A model generated the notes under the pieces. It was not told where the DNA came from. It worked only from the letters and a program-made list of their open reading frames with translations, and searched no databases. The position numbers and the translations under genes are program-made. Below, piece by piece: positions 1-9,677 of a DNA stretch of 64,000 nucleotides. Numbering within the stretch: the stretch's first letter is position 1; each line of letters begins with the position of its first letter. The stretch comes from a virus (Duplodnaviria > Caudoviricetes). The stretch lies in IMG/VR virus record IMGVR_UViG_3300029288_000057, positions 128,001 to 192,000 of that record. One strand, given 5' to 3'.

Positions 1-649
1 TGCCATATTGTTGAATAATTGCCCCGTCTTTCACATCTATTTCTATAGTTACATGCGGTTCATTTTTTTCGTCTCTTAAAGAAATAATTATAGACCTTTC
101 ATTCCTTACTTTTGCTTTATAACTTTCTCCCTTTACACAATTACTCATTCGCTTCCCTTCGTATGATAGGTCTTCAGGGTTTAATAAATATACAAAGTGT
201 TTTTTGTCAGAGCATCTATATAAAACCCTTTCGTTGCTTACCTGATATATTTTTAAATCTTCAATATCATATTTTTCGTACATCTCTTTGTGCCAAGCTT
301 CCTGGTGATTAAAGGCATCTTCAAATGAAGAAGTAAATATATTTGCTTTTGTTTCTACCGCCCAGTCAATAATGAGTCTAATCTTATTAAATTCATTTAA
401 CAGGTCAATGTTTTTCTTTATTTCTTTAGCAATCCAAACGTCGTATTTGTGTTTCCTTTTGGACGATTTATGAATGTCTTGATTTTCTTTGTCTCCGACA
501 AACCCATATCTTTCTCCTATTGCTGATATAGACTTAACGATTTTGTCAACTTCTTTCTCCGATAAATATTTTTTTTTGGGGCTTTTATTTTCTGGAAGAA
601 AAATTGATTTAATATACTGTTCTCTTTTCGTTAAACCTAAAGGGCTCAT
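1..649 (-). CDS. PcfJ-like domain protein (3' end runs off the window)
   Basis: Not in the ORF track. Translated by hand from the ATG at 649 (TAATG overlap with the upstream ORF): MSPLGLTKREQ...WHKE...LSYEGKRMSNCVKGESY...IISLRDEKNEPHVTIEI...IIQQYG, which fits the PcfJ pattern. Confidence 0.75.
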   Translation of the reverse strand, partial: MSPLGLTKREQYIKSIFLPENKSPKKKYLSEKEVDKIVKSISAIGERYGFVGDKENQDIHKSSKRKHKYDVWIAKEIKKNIDLLNEFNKIRLIIDWAVETKANIFTSSFEDAFNHQEAWHKEMYEKYDIEDLKIYQVSNERVLYRCSDKKHFVYLLNPEDLSYEGKRMSNCVKGESYKAKVRNERSIIISLRDEKNEPHVTIEIDVKDGAIIQQYG

Positions 650-909
650 TATATCATTAGTTTAAGAACAAGTTCTGATTCGTTTTCTGCATCCAGAACC
701 TCATAGGAACCATTGTACTCTTTCGAGTCTTGCATCTTGAGACCGTTTATTTTATGGGTTTTCTTGAACTTAATCGTGTAATTGACCTCATCAAGAACAA
801 GGTCTCTTATGGTATAACACTTCATTAAAACCCTTAGTTTGTGCTGAAATATGGTAATGGGTTTCTTTTCAAAATCATCCTTTTTGATTTTAAAACTTTT
901 AATCACCAT
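649..909 (-). CDS. hypothetical protein
   Basis: 86-aa ORF tightly coupled to its neighbours. Confidence 0.6.
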   Translation of the reverse strand: MVIKSFKIKKDDFEKKPITIFQHKLRVLMKCYTIRDLVLDEVNYTIKFKKTHKINGLKMQDSKEYNGSYEVLDAENESELVLKLMI

Positions 910-912
910 AAA

Positions 913-1422
913 TTATTCCTCCATTTTTTTCCTTTTGGAACCCTTTTTAGGACCTCTTTTCTTTGGTCTGCCTGGGCGCTTCTTGCTTTTAGCACGAGGT
1001 TTTGAAGAGTATTTTGAAGCGTTTTCTATCGCTTTGTCTACAATAGTCTTTTTTTCTTTTGATACTTTAACTTCATCAACACTGATGTGTTCTGGTTCTG
1101 CAACTGTGGTATCACCATCTTCTTTTAAAGATTTTTGTAAATTAAATATAAAACAACTGTTTTCAATATCCTCCTGTTTATACCCAACATAATATTTCAA
1201 AAAACTTGGCTTTATCTCTTCATCGACCTTTATGATTCCCTTTTTTGAGTAAATTATTAATGCCTTGGAAAGCTTGTTGGTTTGTGAGTAAACCACTTCT
1301 CCAGGGCGTAAATCAATTTGTACGTCGTTGTTAAAAATGTCTTTAAAAAAGACTCTTATTTTTTCTCCGCCAAACTTTGTGGGGGTTAAAAATGTTACTT
1401 TAATGTCTATTACGTGGTTCAT
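913..1422 (-). CDS. hypothetical protein with basic AT-hook-like C-terminus
   Basis: C-terminus KKRPGRPKKRGPKKGSKRKK. Confidence 0.6.
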   Translation of the reverse strand: MNHVIDIKVTFLTPTKFGGEKIRVFFKDIFNNDVQIDLRPGEVVYSQTNKLSKALIIYSKKGIIKVDEEIKPSFLKYYVGYKQEDIENSCFIFNLQKSLKEDGDTTVAEPEHISVDEVKVSKEKKTIVDKAIENASKYSSKPRAKSKKRPGRPKKRGPKKGSKRKKMEE

Positions 1423-1470
1423 AATTTCTTTTTAGTTTAAATATAATTTAAACAAAAATTAAAATCAACA

Positions 1471-1498
1471 AAAAATCCATCAAATTGATGGACTTTTT
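1471..1498. terminator. intrinsic terminator
   Basis: tccatcaa/ttgatgga inverted repeat flanked by A and T tracts, downstream of 1521..3200. Confidence 0.6.
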
Positions 1499-1520
1499 AT
1501 AATTTATTTAAATTTTTTAA

Positions 1521-3200
1521 CTAAACTTGTGGTTTGAAAAGTGGATTAAGAACAAGTTTGTTTGTAAAATGGTCTATCAAATACATTTGATTTCTTCTTA
1601 CATCAGATTCTGAGAGTCTAAATATAATCATACTTCCTCTTGCTTTAGGGACATCCAAATAACCCTTTTCTTCTCCAGAATATGGAGTGTTGCTCAAACT
1701 AGATTCTAAAGACTTATTATTCGCTTCAAATTCTTTATTTGCCATACTTTCATATTGTTCTCCAGAAACTACATCTTTAGTGTCCTTTACGTTACAAAAA
1801 CAATCGTTTTCATATAAAGTTTTCCACCTTTTGCTCTCTTCTTCTTTTGACATCTTTTCTGTAATAATATACCTTTTGTTGATGCCTTTTTCTTCGTTTT
1901 CTTTTAAGGAAGAGAATTTTCTTTTGAGCATCTGTTCTTTGTCTGTTGTCTTTTCTATCTCTTTAACAATTGCGTTTAAATCACCATGGCCAGTTTTGTC
2001 CAACTCTTCTTTGCTATTTAATTCGGTTCCATGCATTCCCATAGCATATGGGTGATTCATTCCCTTTGGCATATTTAATGTGCCAGGTTCCATTTCAACT
2101 TTTTCAGTGTATGGAAATGAGCCTTCTGAAATAACTTTATAACTTCCATCGTTTTGTCTCGTCAAATGAGCCCTTGGGGTTCTCATCTGTCCATAAGTTG
2201 TGTCTTTCACAGCTTCGTTTACTGGTGTGTAATCTTTGTTTGCTTTTAAATCAGGGGTTTTCCCATCTTTTGAGAATCCGTAAGGGGTTGGGTATTTAAA
2301 TCCGCTTGGCTCGGTTGCCCCACCGATTCCAGGACCCGATGTTGTTATTTCTTCTAAAGGGTTTTCAGACTCCTCTTCGCTTCCAATAACTAATTTTTTA
2401 TCAGTTGGTTCTCCAGTTGGAGTATCTGGTGTTTTAGCACCATCGGTCTTGTCATCATCTTCAAATGAACTAGGAGAATCTCCTGTGACGAATGCTTCTT
2501 TTACAAGATTATCTATTTTATCTCCAACTTCTTCGAAAGAGCTTGAGAAAAGGTCTGTTAATTTCATATTATATTTATTTTCTTTTACAATTGAGTCGTT
2601 CATGTCTTTTTCGGTTTTATCATCAACAGCTATCTTGGTACCAATTAAGTATGAAGCTTCAGCTTGAGCAATTGGTTGAAAGAATTTTTTGAAGTCCTTT
2701 TTAAAAGATGCCTCGTTGTCAATGTTTGAGATGGTTCCGCTTTTGCTTAACTCTTGCGGAGCATAAGTGTCTTTTTCTGATGATTGGTGGAATGCTGCGG
2801 CTTCAGTGTTTTTATATTCTATGTGAACATTTTTTTGCTTAATTTCTAAATAAATTTCGCTCACTATTCTTTTCCCACCAAAGGTTGTAACCTTTTGCAT
2901 ATATGAAACTGGTTTTACAGCTCCCATATTAAGCATTTTTGGAATAGAAACGGTTACGTTTAATTTGCCTTCTGCGGTTCCTTTACCTATTTCTTTTTCC
3001 TCATTGTCTTTTCCGCCAGCAGCTATAACAAATAAGTATCCGTCTTTTTCCTCGTATCCAAGTTCTTTAAAGGCGTCTATCGTTTCATCTTTGATAATCT
3101 GTTCAACATTTTCGCCTACAATCTTTTTTATTTTTTGACGAAACGCAAAGTCGTCTGTTTGTTGTACTGTTCCTTCTGGATATAATTCTTCTTTTTCCAT
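1521..3200 (-). CDS. acidic late protein, candidate head-internal protein
   Basis: ATG at 3200 lies 17 nt below TATTTATA; many [ILV]-x-E motifs (VKE, LEE, VNE, ISE, LKE, ITE, LYE, LSE); low-complexity middle. Confidence 0.55.
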   Translation of the reverse strand: MEKEELYPEGTVQQTDDFAFRQKIKKIVGENVEQIIKDETIDAFKELGYEEKDGYLFVIAAGGKDNEEKEIGKGTAEGKLNVTVSIPKMLNMGAVKPVSYMQKVTTFGGKRIVSEIYLEIKQKNVHIEYKNTEAAAFHQSSEKDTYAPQELSKSGTISNIDNEASFKKDFKKFFQPIAQAEASYLIGTKIAVDDKTEKDMNDSIVKENKYNMKLTDLFSSSFEEVGDKIDNLVKEAFVTGDSPSSFEDDDKTDGAKTPDTPTGEPTDKKLVIGSEEESENPLEEITTSGPGIGGATEPSGFKYPTPYGFSKDGKTPDLKANKDYTPVNEAVKDTTYGQMRTPRAHLTRQNDGSYKVISEGSFPYTEKVEMEPGTLNMPKGMNHPYAMGMHGTELNSKEELDKTGHGDLNAIVKEIEKTTDKEQMLKRKFSSLKENEEKGINKRYIITEKMSKEEESKRWKTLYENDCFCNVKDTKDVVSGEQYESMANKEFEANNKSLESSLSNTPYSGEEKGYLDVPKARGSMIIFRLSESDVRRNQMYLIDHFTNKLVLNPLFKPQV

Positions 3201-3217
3201 TTGCAAATAGATTTTTT

Positions 3218-3225
3218 TATAAATA
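3218..3225 (-). promoter_or_regulatory. late promoter motif TATTTATA
   Basis: exact motif 17 nt upstream of ATG. Confidence 0.65.
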
Positions 3226-3259
3226 TTAAAAAAAAACCTTTTTGCGTTATATAAAACAA

Positions 3260-3283
3260 AAAAGCTGTGTTTCCACAGCTTTT
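3260..3283. terminator. intrinsic terminator
   Basis: aaaagctgtg-tttc-cacagctttt hairpin. Confidence 0.7.
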
Positions 3284-3584
3284 ATTTTACCAGTCCCTTC
3301 TTCTTCCAAGCCTCCCATGTCTCACGGTCATCAATTTTTATTCCTGGATTATCTAAATATATGTTGTTTTCAAAAAAATAGCCAATAAACCTTTTTTTGT
3401 AAACTGTCTTTTTGTTTCTTTTTAATTTATAATCAAAATCCATGTCATAATCACCTTCTTCAATTTGATATGATACGGTTTTGTGCATTTTTTTTGCAAA
3501 TAACCAAAACTTATAGTTCCATTTTGCGTTTAAAATATAGAATCTAAGTCTTGAGTGCTTCCATGTATTTTTAAAGAGTTTCAT
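3282..3584 (-). CDS. hypothetical protein
   Basis: 100-aa ORF, ATGA-coupled to the upstream gene. Confidence 0.6.
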   Translation of the reverse strand: MKLFKNTWKHSRLRFYILNAKWNYKFWLFAKKMHKTVSYQIEEGDYDMDFDYKLKRNKKTVYKKRFIGYFFENNIYLDNPGIKIDDRETWEAWKKKGLVK

Positions 3585-3973
3585 TTTTTAACGCTTCTGA
3601 CATTAACTCTTTCATGCATTGTGTGTCTATCCCCACAGTCACTACATATACAAAGGTTTAAGTCTTTATAATCTTCCTTCTTGTCAGCATAAAACACATA
3701 ATCAACAAGTGTTGTACTATGTGATTTTGAGCCGCACTTTGGACAAACTTCATGATTTTTTTTATATTGCTTCATGAATTTTGTATATTCTTTGCTTGGT
3801 TTACAATCTTCGGTTGTTATTAAAATGTATGGGGCATATATAATCCCTTGCATTCCACCCTCGAACTCTTCTTGGGTTAATGCTTTGTGCTCCCCTAAAT
3901 TTTCTGTATTAATTTTTTCATAAAATTTGGGATTAATCTCTGTTAGCTTATAGCGGGATTTTCTCTTTTTCAT
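3581..3973 (-). CDS. Zn-ribbon protein
   Basis: CPKC...CSDC. Confidence 0.6.
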   Translation of the reverse strand: MKKRKSRYKLTEINPKFYEKINTENLGEHKALTQEEFEGGMQGIIYAPYILITTEDCKPSKEYTKFMKQYKKNHEVCPKCGSKSHSTTLVDYVFYADKKEDYKDLNLCICSDCGDRHTMHERVNVRSVKK

Positions 3974-3974
3974 A

Positions 3975-4214
3975 TTACCAGAACCATGTTATTTGCATAG
4001 GAATAATTACATAATACAAAAGGAGCAGGCAAAAGGAACATATTGCAATCAAAGAAAAATATAGTAATGATTTTATTTTGATTTTGTCCGCAATGGTACT
4101 GTCTTCATATGCCTCAGATTTTTCAGTTAGTTTAAAGTCTTTATACAGCGTCTTAATTATAAGGGCGCCCAGTGCTATAAATAGCAAAAGTATAATTTTA
4201 AGAATTATTATCAT
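3975..4214 (-). CDS. small two-TM membrane protein
   Basis: two hydrophobic segments; probable start MIIILK at 4214. Confidence 0.6.
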   Translation of the reverse strand: MIIILKIILLLFIALGALIIKTLYKDFKLTEKSEAYEDSTIADKIKIKSLLYFSLIAICSFCLLLLYYVIIPMQITWFW

Positions 4215-4443
4215 TTTCTTCTTTTGGAGTTGGGAAATGTTTTGCATAATATACTGATATGGACTCTATTGTTAATTCTGCCTGTGAGAATTTTTCAAAT
4301 TCATCCTTCAGTCTTGGAACGTTTTCGTTAATATCTGGCAATCCGCCATCTAAAATTAAAGAGATGTTGGAGGCGGCCTTATCTCTATCTGCTACGCATT
4401 GAGATAGTGCGGCCAATAACATTTTTTGTTTGGTATTTTCCAT
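4198..4443 (-). CDS. hypothetical protein
   Basis: probable start MENTKQ at 4443, directly after the upstream stop. Confidence 0.55.
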   Translation of the reverse strand: MENTKQKMLLAALSQCVADRDKAASNISLILDGGLPDINENVPRLKDEFEKFSQAELTIESISVYYAKHFPTPKEENDNNS

Positions 4444-4444
4444 T

Positions 4445-5023
4445 TTATTCGTCATCTTCTTGACCTTTTTTATCTTTTTTATTCTTTCTTTCTTCCTTTT
4501 CCTCACTGATAATTCTATCAATAGCCATATCGATTATTTCTGAACTATTAAGTGATTTCTCTACACCATAGCACTTTAAATTACTATCATATTCTTTAAC
4601 GTCAACAGCTTGCTTTTTAACTTTATTGTTTAAATCAACATCAACACCACAAAGAATTTTATCAAGCAAAATGACTTTATTTTCAATATCCAATTCTTTC
4701 CATGATTTATAATGAACAGAAAGGATGTAATCATATTCATCATTTATCATTCTTTCTTCTTCTGAACGTGGTTTAAGTCCCCCCAAAACATATCTTCCAC
4801 CATCTTTTTTAACAAGTGTGGTATAGAGATATTTTATTCTTTCTGGATTAATATCTGAATTGTGGTCGGTATTTTCTTTAATAAAATTTGCAATGGCCAG
4901 AAGCTCATCATCTGCATCCATGTATTGTAGGTTGCCTTCGAATACAACAGATTTTTCTAAAGTTTTAACTAAAATTTGTGGCGTGGAAACATTGTTAAGT
5001 TCCGAATAATCCAATTTTTTCAT
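4445..5023 (-). CDS. putative phage metallopeptidase-family protein, degenerate active site
   Basis: RIKYLY...LG...YDYILSV...W..L...K..LLD pattern; the expected HExxH reads KILCG. Confidence 0.55.
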   Translation of the reverse strand: MKKLDYSELNNVSTPQILVKTLEKSVVFEGNLQYMDADDELLAIANFIKENTDHNSDINPERIKYLYTTLVKKDGGRYVLGGLKPRSEEERMINDEYDYILSVHYKSWKELDIENKVILLDKILCGVDVDLNNKVKKQAVDVKEYDSNLKCYGVEKSLNSSEIIDMAIDRIISEEKEERKNKKDKKGQEDDE

Positions 5024-5048
5024 ATGATTATATTTTTAAATTAATAAT

Positions 5049-5079
5049 CAAATATAGGAAAAAAAACTAAAAAAACAAA
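5049..5079 (-). promoter_or_regulatory. Bacteroidota sigmaA-type promoter (-33 TTTG / -7 TATATTTG)
   Basis: TTTG (5076-5079), 19-nt spacer, TATATTTG (5049-5056). Confidence 0.65.
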
Positions 5080-5080
5080 A

Positions 5081-5644
5081 TTATCTATTTATTCTTTGTT
5101 GTGTGGGGTCATGTTGTGTTTGAAAAACGCCCATGCCATTGTTTTTATAGGCTCCGCCCGCCTGACGCAACCTATCTTTCTTTCTGTTTCCCTGCTCGTG
5201 TGTATCTGCCAACTTTTCTGTTACCCATTTTTTACCAGCGTCACCACCATGTAAGTTCCAAACTAACAACACATTGGATTTAATCATTTCTTCAATTGTA
5301 CCTCTTTTTTGCTGAATTATTCCTATGTTTTTTCTTTCAGACTCTACTTTTTCGGAATTAGATTCAAAGAATGACTTTAATCTTTTCATCTCAGAAAAGC
5401 TTTGTTTTGCTCTTTGAGAGAGCTGTTTTGCCTTCAGCCTTCCGCTGCCCTGATTTCCGTTTTGGTCAAGACTGGAAAGTTGAATTCCTTTTTGTTGTGC
5501 TATGCTTATTGATTCTAGTGCTGTTTGTGCTGTTTTGGCAACTTCATTGGTCGGGGTATAATTTTTATTGCTGTTATCCATATCAAACGATTCGAACAAC
5601 AAATCAATTTGTTCTCTTATTATTTTTCTAACAGCATTTTTCAT
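5081..5644 (-). CDS. conserved phage head-associated domain protein (LxGGDAG type)
   Basis: YTPT..VAKTA..AL...GSG..KA.QL...MKRLKSFF...WNLHGGDAGKKW; N-terminus VRKIIREQIDLLFES. Confidence 0.5.
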   Translation of the reverse strand: MKNAVRKIIREQIDLLFESFDMDNSNKNYTPTNEVAKTAQTALESISIAQQKGIQLSSLDQNGNQGSGRLKAKQLSQRAKQSFSEMKRLKSFFESNSEKVESERKNIGIIQQKRGTIEEMIKSNVLLVWNLHGGDAGKKWVTEKLADTHEQGNRKKDRLRQAGGAYKNNGMGVFQTQHDPTQQRINR

Positions 5645-6114
5645 TATTCACCCACCATTAACAATATGGCGTTTTTTATGTCGATTTCATTTACAGCTGG
5701 GAACCCTAAATTCATCATGTTCCAATTTATTTCATCATAAAATGAAATGTTGTTTATTGGAGTACCTGATTTTAGAACTCTCTTAATACAAACTTCAAGG
5801 GCTTCGTCTGGTTTGAGATTGGATGGCGCTACTTTTGGGGTCTTTACAATTGGATTGTTTTGATAATCGTCCAAGATTGAATTGACGGTTTTTCCCCTTC
5901 CGCCAGTACCAAAGTTGCCAGCTATATAATAGTTTTCTTTAATATCTGAGTTTGTTTCCTTAGAAATAAGACTCTTTAACCTTTCGTTCTCTTCTGTAAT
6001 CTTTTCCTGGTTTACTTCTTTTGTACTATCTTTATAAATCTCATGAGATTCTTCTAATGATTTCATAACCTCAAGCATTCTTTCTTCGTTAATGTTTTTT
6101 TCCATTTTTTTCAT
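5644..6114 (-). CDS. hypothetical late protein
   Basis: INE/LEE/ITE/IKE motifs; in a late operon. Confidence 0.55.
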   Translation of the reverse strand: MKKMEKNINEERMLEVMKSLEESHEIYKDSTKEVNQEKITEENERLKSLISKETNSDIKENYYIAGNFGTGGRGKTVNSILDDYQNNPIVKTPKVAPSNLKPDEALEVCIKRVLKSGTPINNISFYDEINWNMMNLGFPAVNEIDIKNAILLMVGE

Positions 6115-6126
6115 TTTTTATATACG

Positions 6127-6603
6127 TTACCAAACTACTGTTCCTAATCCTAAGTTGCCAGAATAGTTTCTAACTGACTTTGGCATTGACCTTTTAAATA
6201 TTTTTTCCAAATCCATCGTGTGGTCTCCACCCACCATTCTGTTTGTTGCATTTGATGGCATGTCCTGGTCTGGCATGATTTCGTTAGTGTCATCTATAAT
6301 TTCGTCCAATTCCTTAACTTTAACCTCTTCCGAAGAACTAAAAAAATCTTTAAGGTAATCTTTGAATAGCGTCGACGCTTTTTCCTGCCCTTTTTGGTTT
6401 AACCATTTTTTAAAATCAGTTAATTTAGCTAAAAAAGAATATTTTTTATTATAAGTTGTAAGAAAATCAATTTTTATATAATCATCATTCTTTTCGAAAT
6501 CTATATCTAGCACTTTGGATATTGTGTCTGCCTTGATATAGGTGAAGTTTTCATCTTTTTCGCTCTCAGATTCTAACAAAAAGTTTTTTATACTGTTCTT
6601 CAT
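6127..6603 (-). CDS. hypothetical late protein
   Basis: N-terminal FLLESE; TATTTATT variant at 6618-6625. Confidence 0.55.
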   Translation of the reverse strand: MKNSIKNFLLESESEKDENFTYIKADTISKVLDIDFEKNDDYIKIDFLTTYNKKYSFLAKLTDFKKWLNQKGQEKASTLFKDYLKDFFSSSEEVKVKELDEIIDDTNEIMPDQDMPSNATNRMVGGDHTMDLEKIFKRSMPKSVRNYSGNLGLGTVVW

Positions 6604-6663
6604 TATAAATGTTTTATAATAAATAGCATAAAATTCTTTTTTTTGGGTAAAAACTAATTGCAG

Positions 6664-8745
6664 TTACTCGTTTTGTAACTTTAAATCCTTGATGGGTCTG
6701 TAAGATATGTCCTTGGTTGTAAGAAATTCCATTAATAATCTTTTAAACCTATCGGAACCAGGTTTGTTGGCAAATCCTTTTACTTGATGAAATTCTAACC
6801 CATTAATACTATCGAATGTGAATCCGATTGTAAATCTTATAAGCTCGTCTGCTGGTAAGTTTTTTGTTCTGTCAAATACCTGCCCAATAACATAAGACTC
6901 GGTAATAACCTTTTTTGAGTAAGACGATGCGCTGTGTTTCATTTGCACACCTTCTGTTATAAGCATTGCAGGAGTAGCTATTAGTTTAAATTCAAGAGGT
7001 CCGTCGTAATCTTCTCTACTTTCTAAGAATTTAAATCTTTCTGCAAAGCTTTTAAATTTAGCATTCTTTTCCTTATCGGCCACAACGTTAAAATATTTAA
7101 CCAGATTGTCGTGATAGTCTCTAAGCTCGTTGAATGTTTTGATTTTATTAAATTCTCTTCTGGGGTCAAACTCTAAAACCTCCATCATCATTACGCTATC
7201 ATCATAATAAACAAATTCAAACTTATTCACGTATGAATAGTCTATTACAAGATTTTCAACATTAAGTGTTGGTTTATAATTTAAAGTTTCACGCATTGCG
7301 TAATCTTTTATTATCGTTATAATTCTTTCAAACTCTTTAAAGTCGACTGTATCTCTGAAGTAAATTAAATCGATGACTCTGATTAACAATTCTAAATCAT
7401 ATTTTTGCAGCAATGTTATTATTTGATGCTTATCGTAAAATTTAAAATATTTTAACAGCTGTTTATAGTCTGAGAAATTATTAATGCTTTTGTATATGAA
7501 TTTTGAAGCGTTCGCATCGTTTGATATTTCCATTACCTTAAATTTGTTGGCGCTGGAATCATGTAAAACTTTGCTTTTATAGTCATCGTTTTCTTTATAT
7601 TTAATTTTCATTTCTTTCTCTTCACCAGTATCTATAACCTCAAACGCTTTTGCTTCCTGCATTTTATCAGAATCGTCAGTTTCTATCTTTATCATTTGAC
7701 TAGATTTGAAAAGGAATTCATGGACTTCTCTGTTGTCTTCATTCACCTCTTCGTTTATCTTTTTGATATAATTGCTGACAAGATAATTAAATATTGGGAT
7801 TGGAGATGTTAAACTTTCTTCTTTAAGCTTATTACAGCTAGGAATATCACACTCTTTCATTAAATCATATAAAAACTTACACCCCTTAGTCAATGCTATT
7901 GTAGATAGATTAGAATATTTTATGATACCAAAAAATATAGAAACAACCTTTTTGATAGAGTCAAGGCCAGCATGATTAAATCTATTTCTCACCTCATTCA
8001 ACAGCTCTTGTACGACATTTGTGTTGTTTACGTCTATGACATATTTTGCAAGCTTGCTGATATACACTTGAAGATAGTAAAGATTATATATATTAGAGAT
8101 TTCTTCTGAAAATATGTTATCTGTTGCTTTTGTAATCATATCCAAATCAATCTCGACCTCATCGACATCAATGTCTTTGAAATATATTGTATTCGTTTTT
8201 ATGTTGTATTTTATATATTTTTGAAGGGTCTCAAAGTCAAGAGTGTAATCGTTGGCTTCTTTTTTTATATTTGGCTTTACTTTTTCATAATACAGGAATA
8301 GTTCATCGTCTGTTTCAAAAAAGTTATACCCTGATATAAAAAAAGAATTATCTATAACCATTTTCTTCTGATTTTCTAATGTTGCAAAGTTTTTATCACA
8401 TGCACAACACCTAATGCCAAAATCTTCTTCTGATAATTTTATGCTTTTAATTAAATCCGCAAAATCATCTTCACCTTCGGGTAAAGGCAACAGTTTGTTG
8501 GTAGCATCTTCTTCAGCTGCGAGAAGCCCAATTGATGTCGGGTCTTTTTTTGGAAACAAATACTCTACTTTCTCATGTTCTGGTGCCTCTTTTAATTCTT
8601 TTTGTACGGCGATTTCATTTTCGAGTTTTTTTTCAGTTTCTGTTATACCACCACAGTTGCAAAAATACACTTCTTTTCCTTCTTTTTGGTCTTCAAACAA
8701 AAATGAATATTCTTTTTTAATTTCTTCTATATTTAAAACCTGCAT
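6664..8745 (-). CDS. PcfJ-domain protein with N-terminal Zn finger
   Basis: CNCG...CCAC at N-terminus; C-terminal YYDD..M...L..YHD.L...LITEGVQMKHSASSY...FTIG...FHQVKGFAN. Confidence 0.75.
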   Translation of the reverse strand: MQVLNIEEIKKEYSFLFEDQKEGKEVYFCNCGGITETEKKLENEIAVQKELKEAPEHEKVEYLFPKKDPTSIGLLAAEEDATNKLLPLPEGEDDFADLIKSIKLSEEDFGIRCCACDKNFATLENQKKMVIDNSFFISGYNFFETDDELFLYYEKVKPNIKKEANDYTLDFETLQKYIKYNIKTNTIYFKDIDVDEVEIDLDMITKATDNIFSEEISNIYNLYYLQVYISKLAKYVIDVNNTNVVQELLNEVRNRFNHAGLDSIKKVVSIFFGIIKYSNLSTIALTKGCKFLYDLMKECDIPSCNKLKEESLTSPIPIFNYLVSNYIKKINEEVNEDNREVHEFLFKSSQMIKIETDDSDKMQEAKAFEVIDTGEEKEMKIKYKENDDYKSKVLHDSSANKFKVMEISNDANASKFIYKSINNFSDYKQLLKYFKFYDKHQIITLLQKYDLELLIRVIDLIYFRDTVDFKEFERIITIIKDYAMRETLNYKPTLNVENLVIDYSYVNKFEFVYYDDSVMMMEVLEFDPRREFNKIKTFNELRDYHDNLVKYFNVVADKEKNAKFKSFAERFKFLESREDYDGPLEFKLIATPAMLITEGVQMKHSASSYSKKVITESYVIGQVFDRTKNLPADELIRFTIGFTFDSINGLEFHQVKGFANKPGSDRFKRLLMEFLTTKDISYRPIKDLKLQNE

Positions 8746-8758
8746 TTTGTTTTTGTTT

Positions 8759-8766
8759 CAAATATA
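8759..8766 (-). promoter_or_regulatory. Bacteroidota -7 promoter element TATATTTG
   Basis: 13 nt upstream of the ATG at 8745. Confidence 0.6.
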
Positions 8767-8776
8767 GTAAAACAAA

Positions 8777-8810
8777 AAAAAAGAGTCAAGATTAAACCTG
8801 ACTCTTTTTT
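8777..8810. terminator. intrinsic terminator
   Basis: aaaaaagagtca...tgactctttttt inverted repeat. Confidence 0.7.
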
Positions 8811-8826
8811 GTTTATTTGGGTGTAA

Positions 8827-9549
8827 TTAAATAATCTTTGATATTCTCAGAGCTTCTTTTTTGATGAACTCCAACATTTCTGTTTTGTTTTTAAAGCTTT
8901 CTGGAAGTTGTATTGTTTTTATAGAATCTCTTAGTTTTTGTTCAACTTCATCTTTTTCATTTTCAGCTGCTTTATTAACATCTTTATCAACTTGGCCTTT
9001 GGAAAATCCATCTTTTGAGATTTCTCCCTGTCCAAGAACTTGTGTCATTGGCTTTTCTGTCTTATCTTCTTTGTCCTCTTTGTTCATTTCTACATCATTG
9101 TCTTTTTTACCAGGAACTCCGCCTTCTTTAGTTGGGTCTGCTTCTTTTGAAACATTGGGCTGAGTCTTCTTGCTAGTAACATCAGGCTTTACTTGTCCTT
9201 TAACATAAGGGTTGGTTTCAGTTTCACCCTTTTCTGTCTTTGTGCCTTCTATTTTAGCTGCTGTGGCAATTTCCTCATCATGACCGTCGTCTCTTTCTTC
9301 CATTTTCACATCAATCGGGTCTTTTGATGTTTTAAATTCTTTAGGAACATCAACTGGGGCTGCTGTTTTTGTTTTTCCAGTTGCTTCAACCTGCGCTCCA
9401 GTAGAGTCTTTGGAACCGTCATTCTTGTTCATTTTCAAATCAGTTGGGATTCCAAGATTTTGTATTTTTTCTTCTTTAAGAACTTTACGAGCTTCAGTTT
9501 CTACGTATTTCGCAAATTCTGCTTTGTTTTTGAATTTAATAGTGTTCAT
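8827..9549 (-). CDS. disordered charged late protein with terminal repeat (scaffold or head-internal candidate)
   Basis: FKNKAEFAKYVETEA at N-terminus and FKNKTEMLEFIKKEA at C-terminus; late motif upstream. Confidence 0.55.
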   Translation of the reverse strand: MNTIKFKNKAEFAKYVETEARKVLKEEKIQNLGIPTDLKMNKNDGSKDSTGAQVEATGKTKTAAPVDVPKEFKTSKDPIDVKMEERDDGHDEEIATAAKIEGTKTEKGETETNPYVKGQVKPDVTSKKTQPNVSKEADPTKEGGVPGKKDNDVEMNKEDKEDKTEKPMTQVLGQGEISKDGFSKGQVDKDVNKAAENEKDEVEQKLRDSIKTIQLPESFKNKTEMLEFIKKEALRISKII

Positions 9550-9564
9550 ATAAGTTAATTTTTA

Positions 9565-9572
9565 TATAAATA
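9565..9572 (-). promoter_or_regulatory. late promoter motif TATTTATA
   Basis: 15 nt upstream of the ATG at 9549. Confidence 0.65.
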
Positions 9573-9643
9573 GATAATAAAACAAAAAAATCGAAGAACA
9601 TAAAAAAAATTTTTAAAAAATACATAAAATAATGCCAAACTCT

Positions 9644-9673
9644 TTTGAAATTGGTAAAAAAATGCTATATTTG
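9644..9673 (+). promoter_or_regulatory. Bacteroidota sigmaA-type promoter
   Basis: TTTG 9644-9647, TATATTTG 9666-9673, ATG at 9678. Confidence 0.6.
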
Positions 9674-9677
9674 CAGT

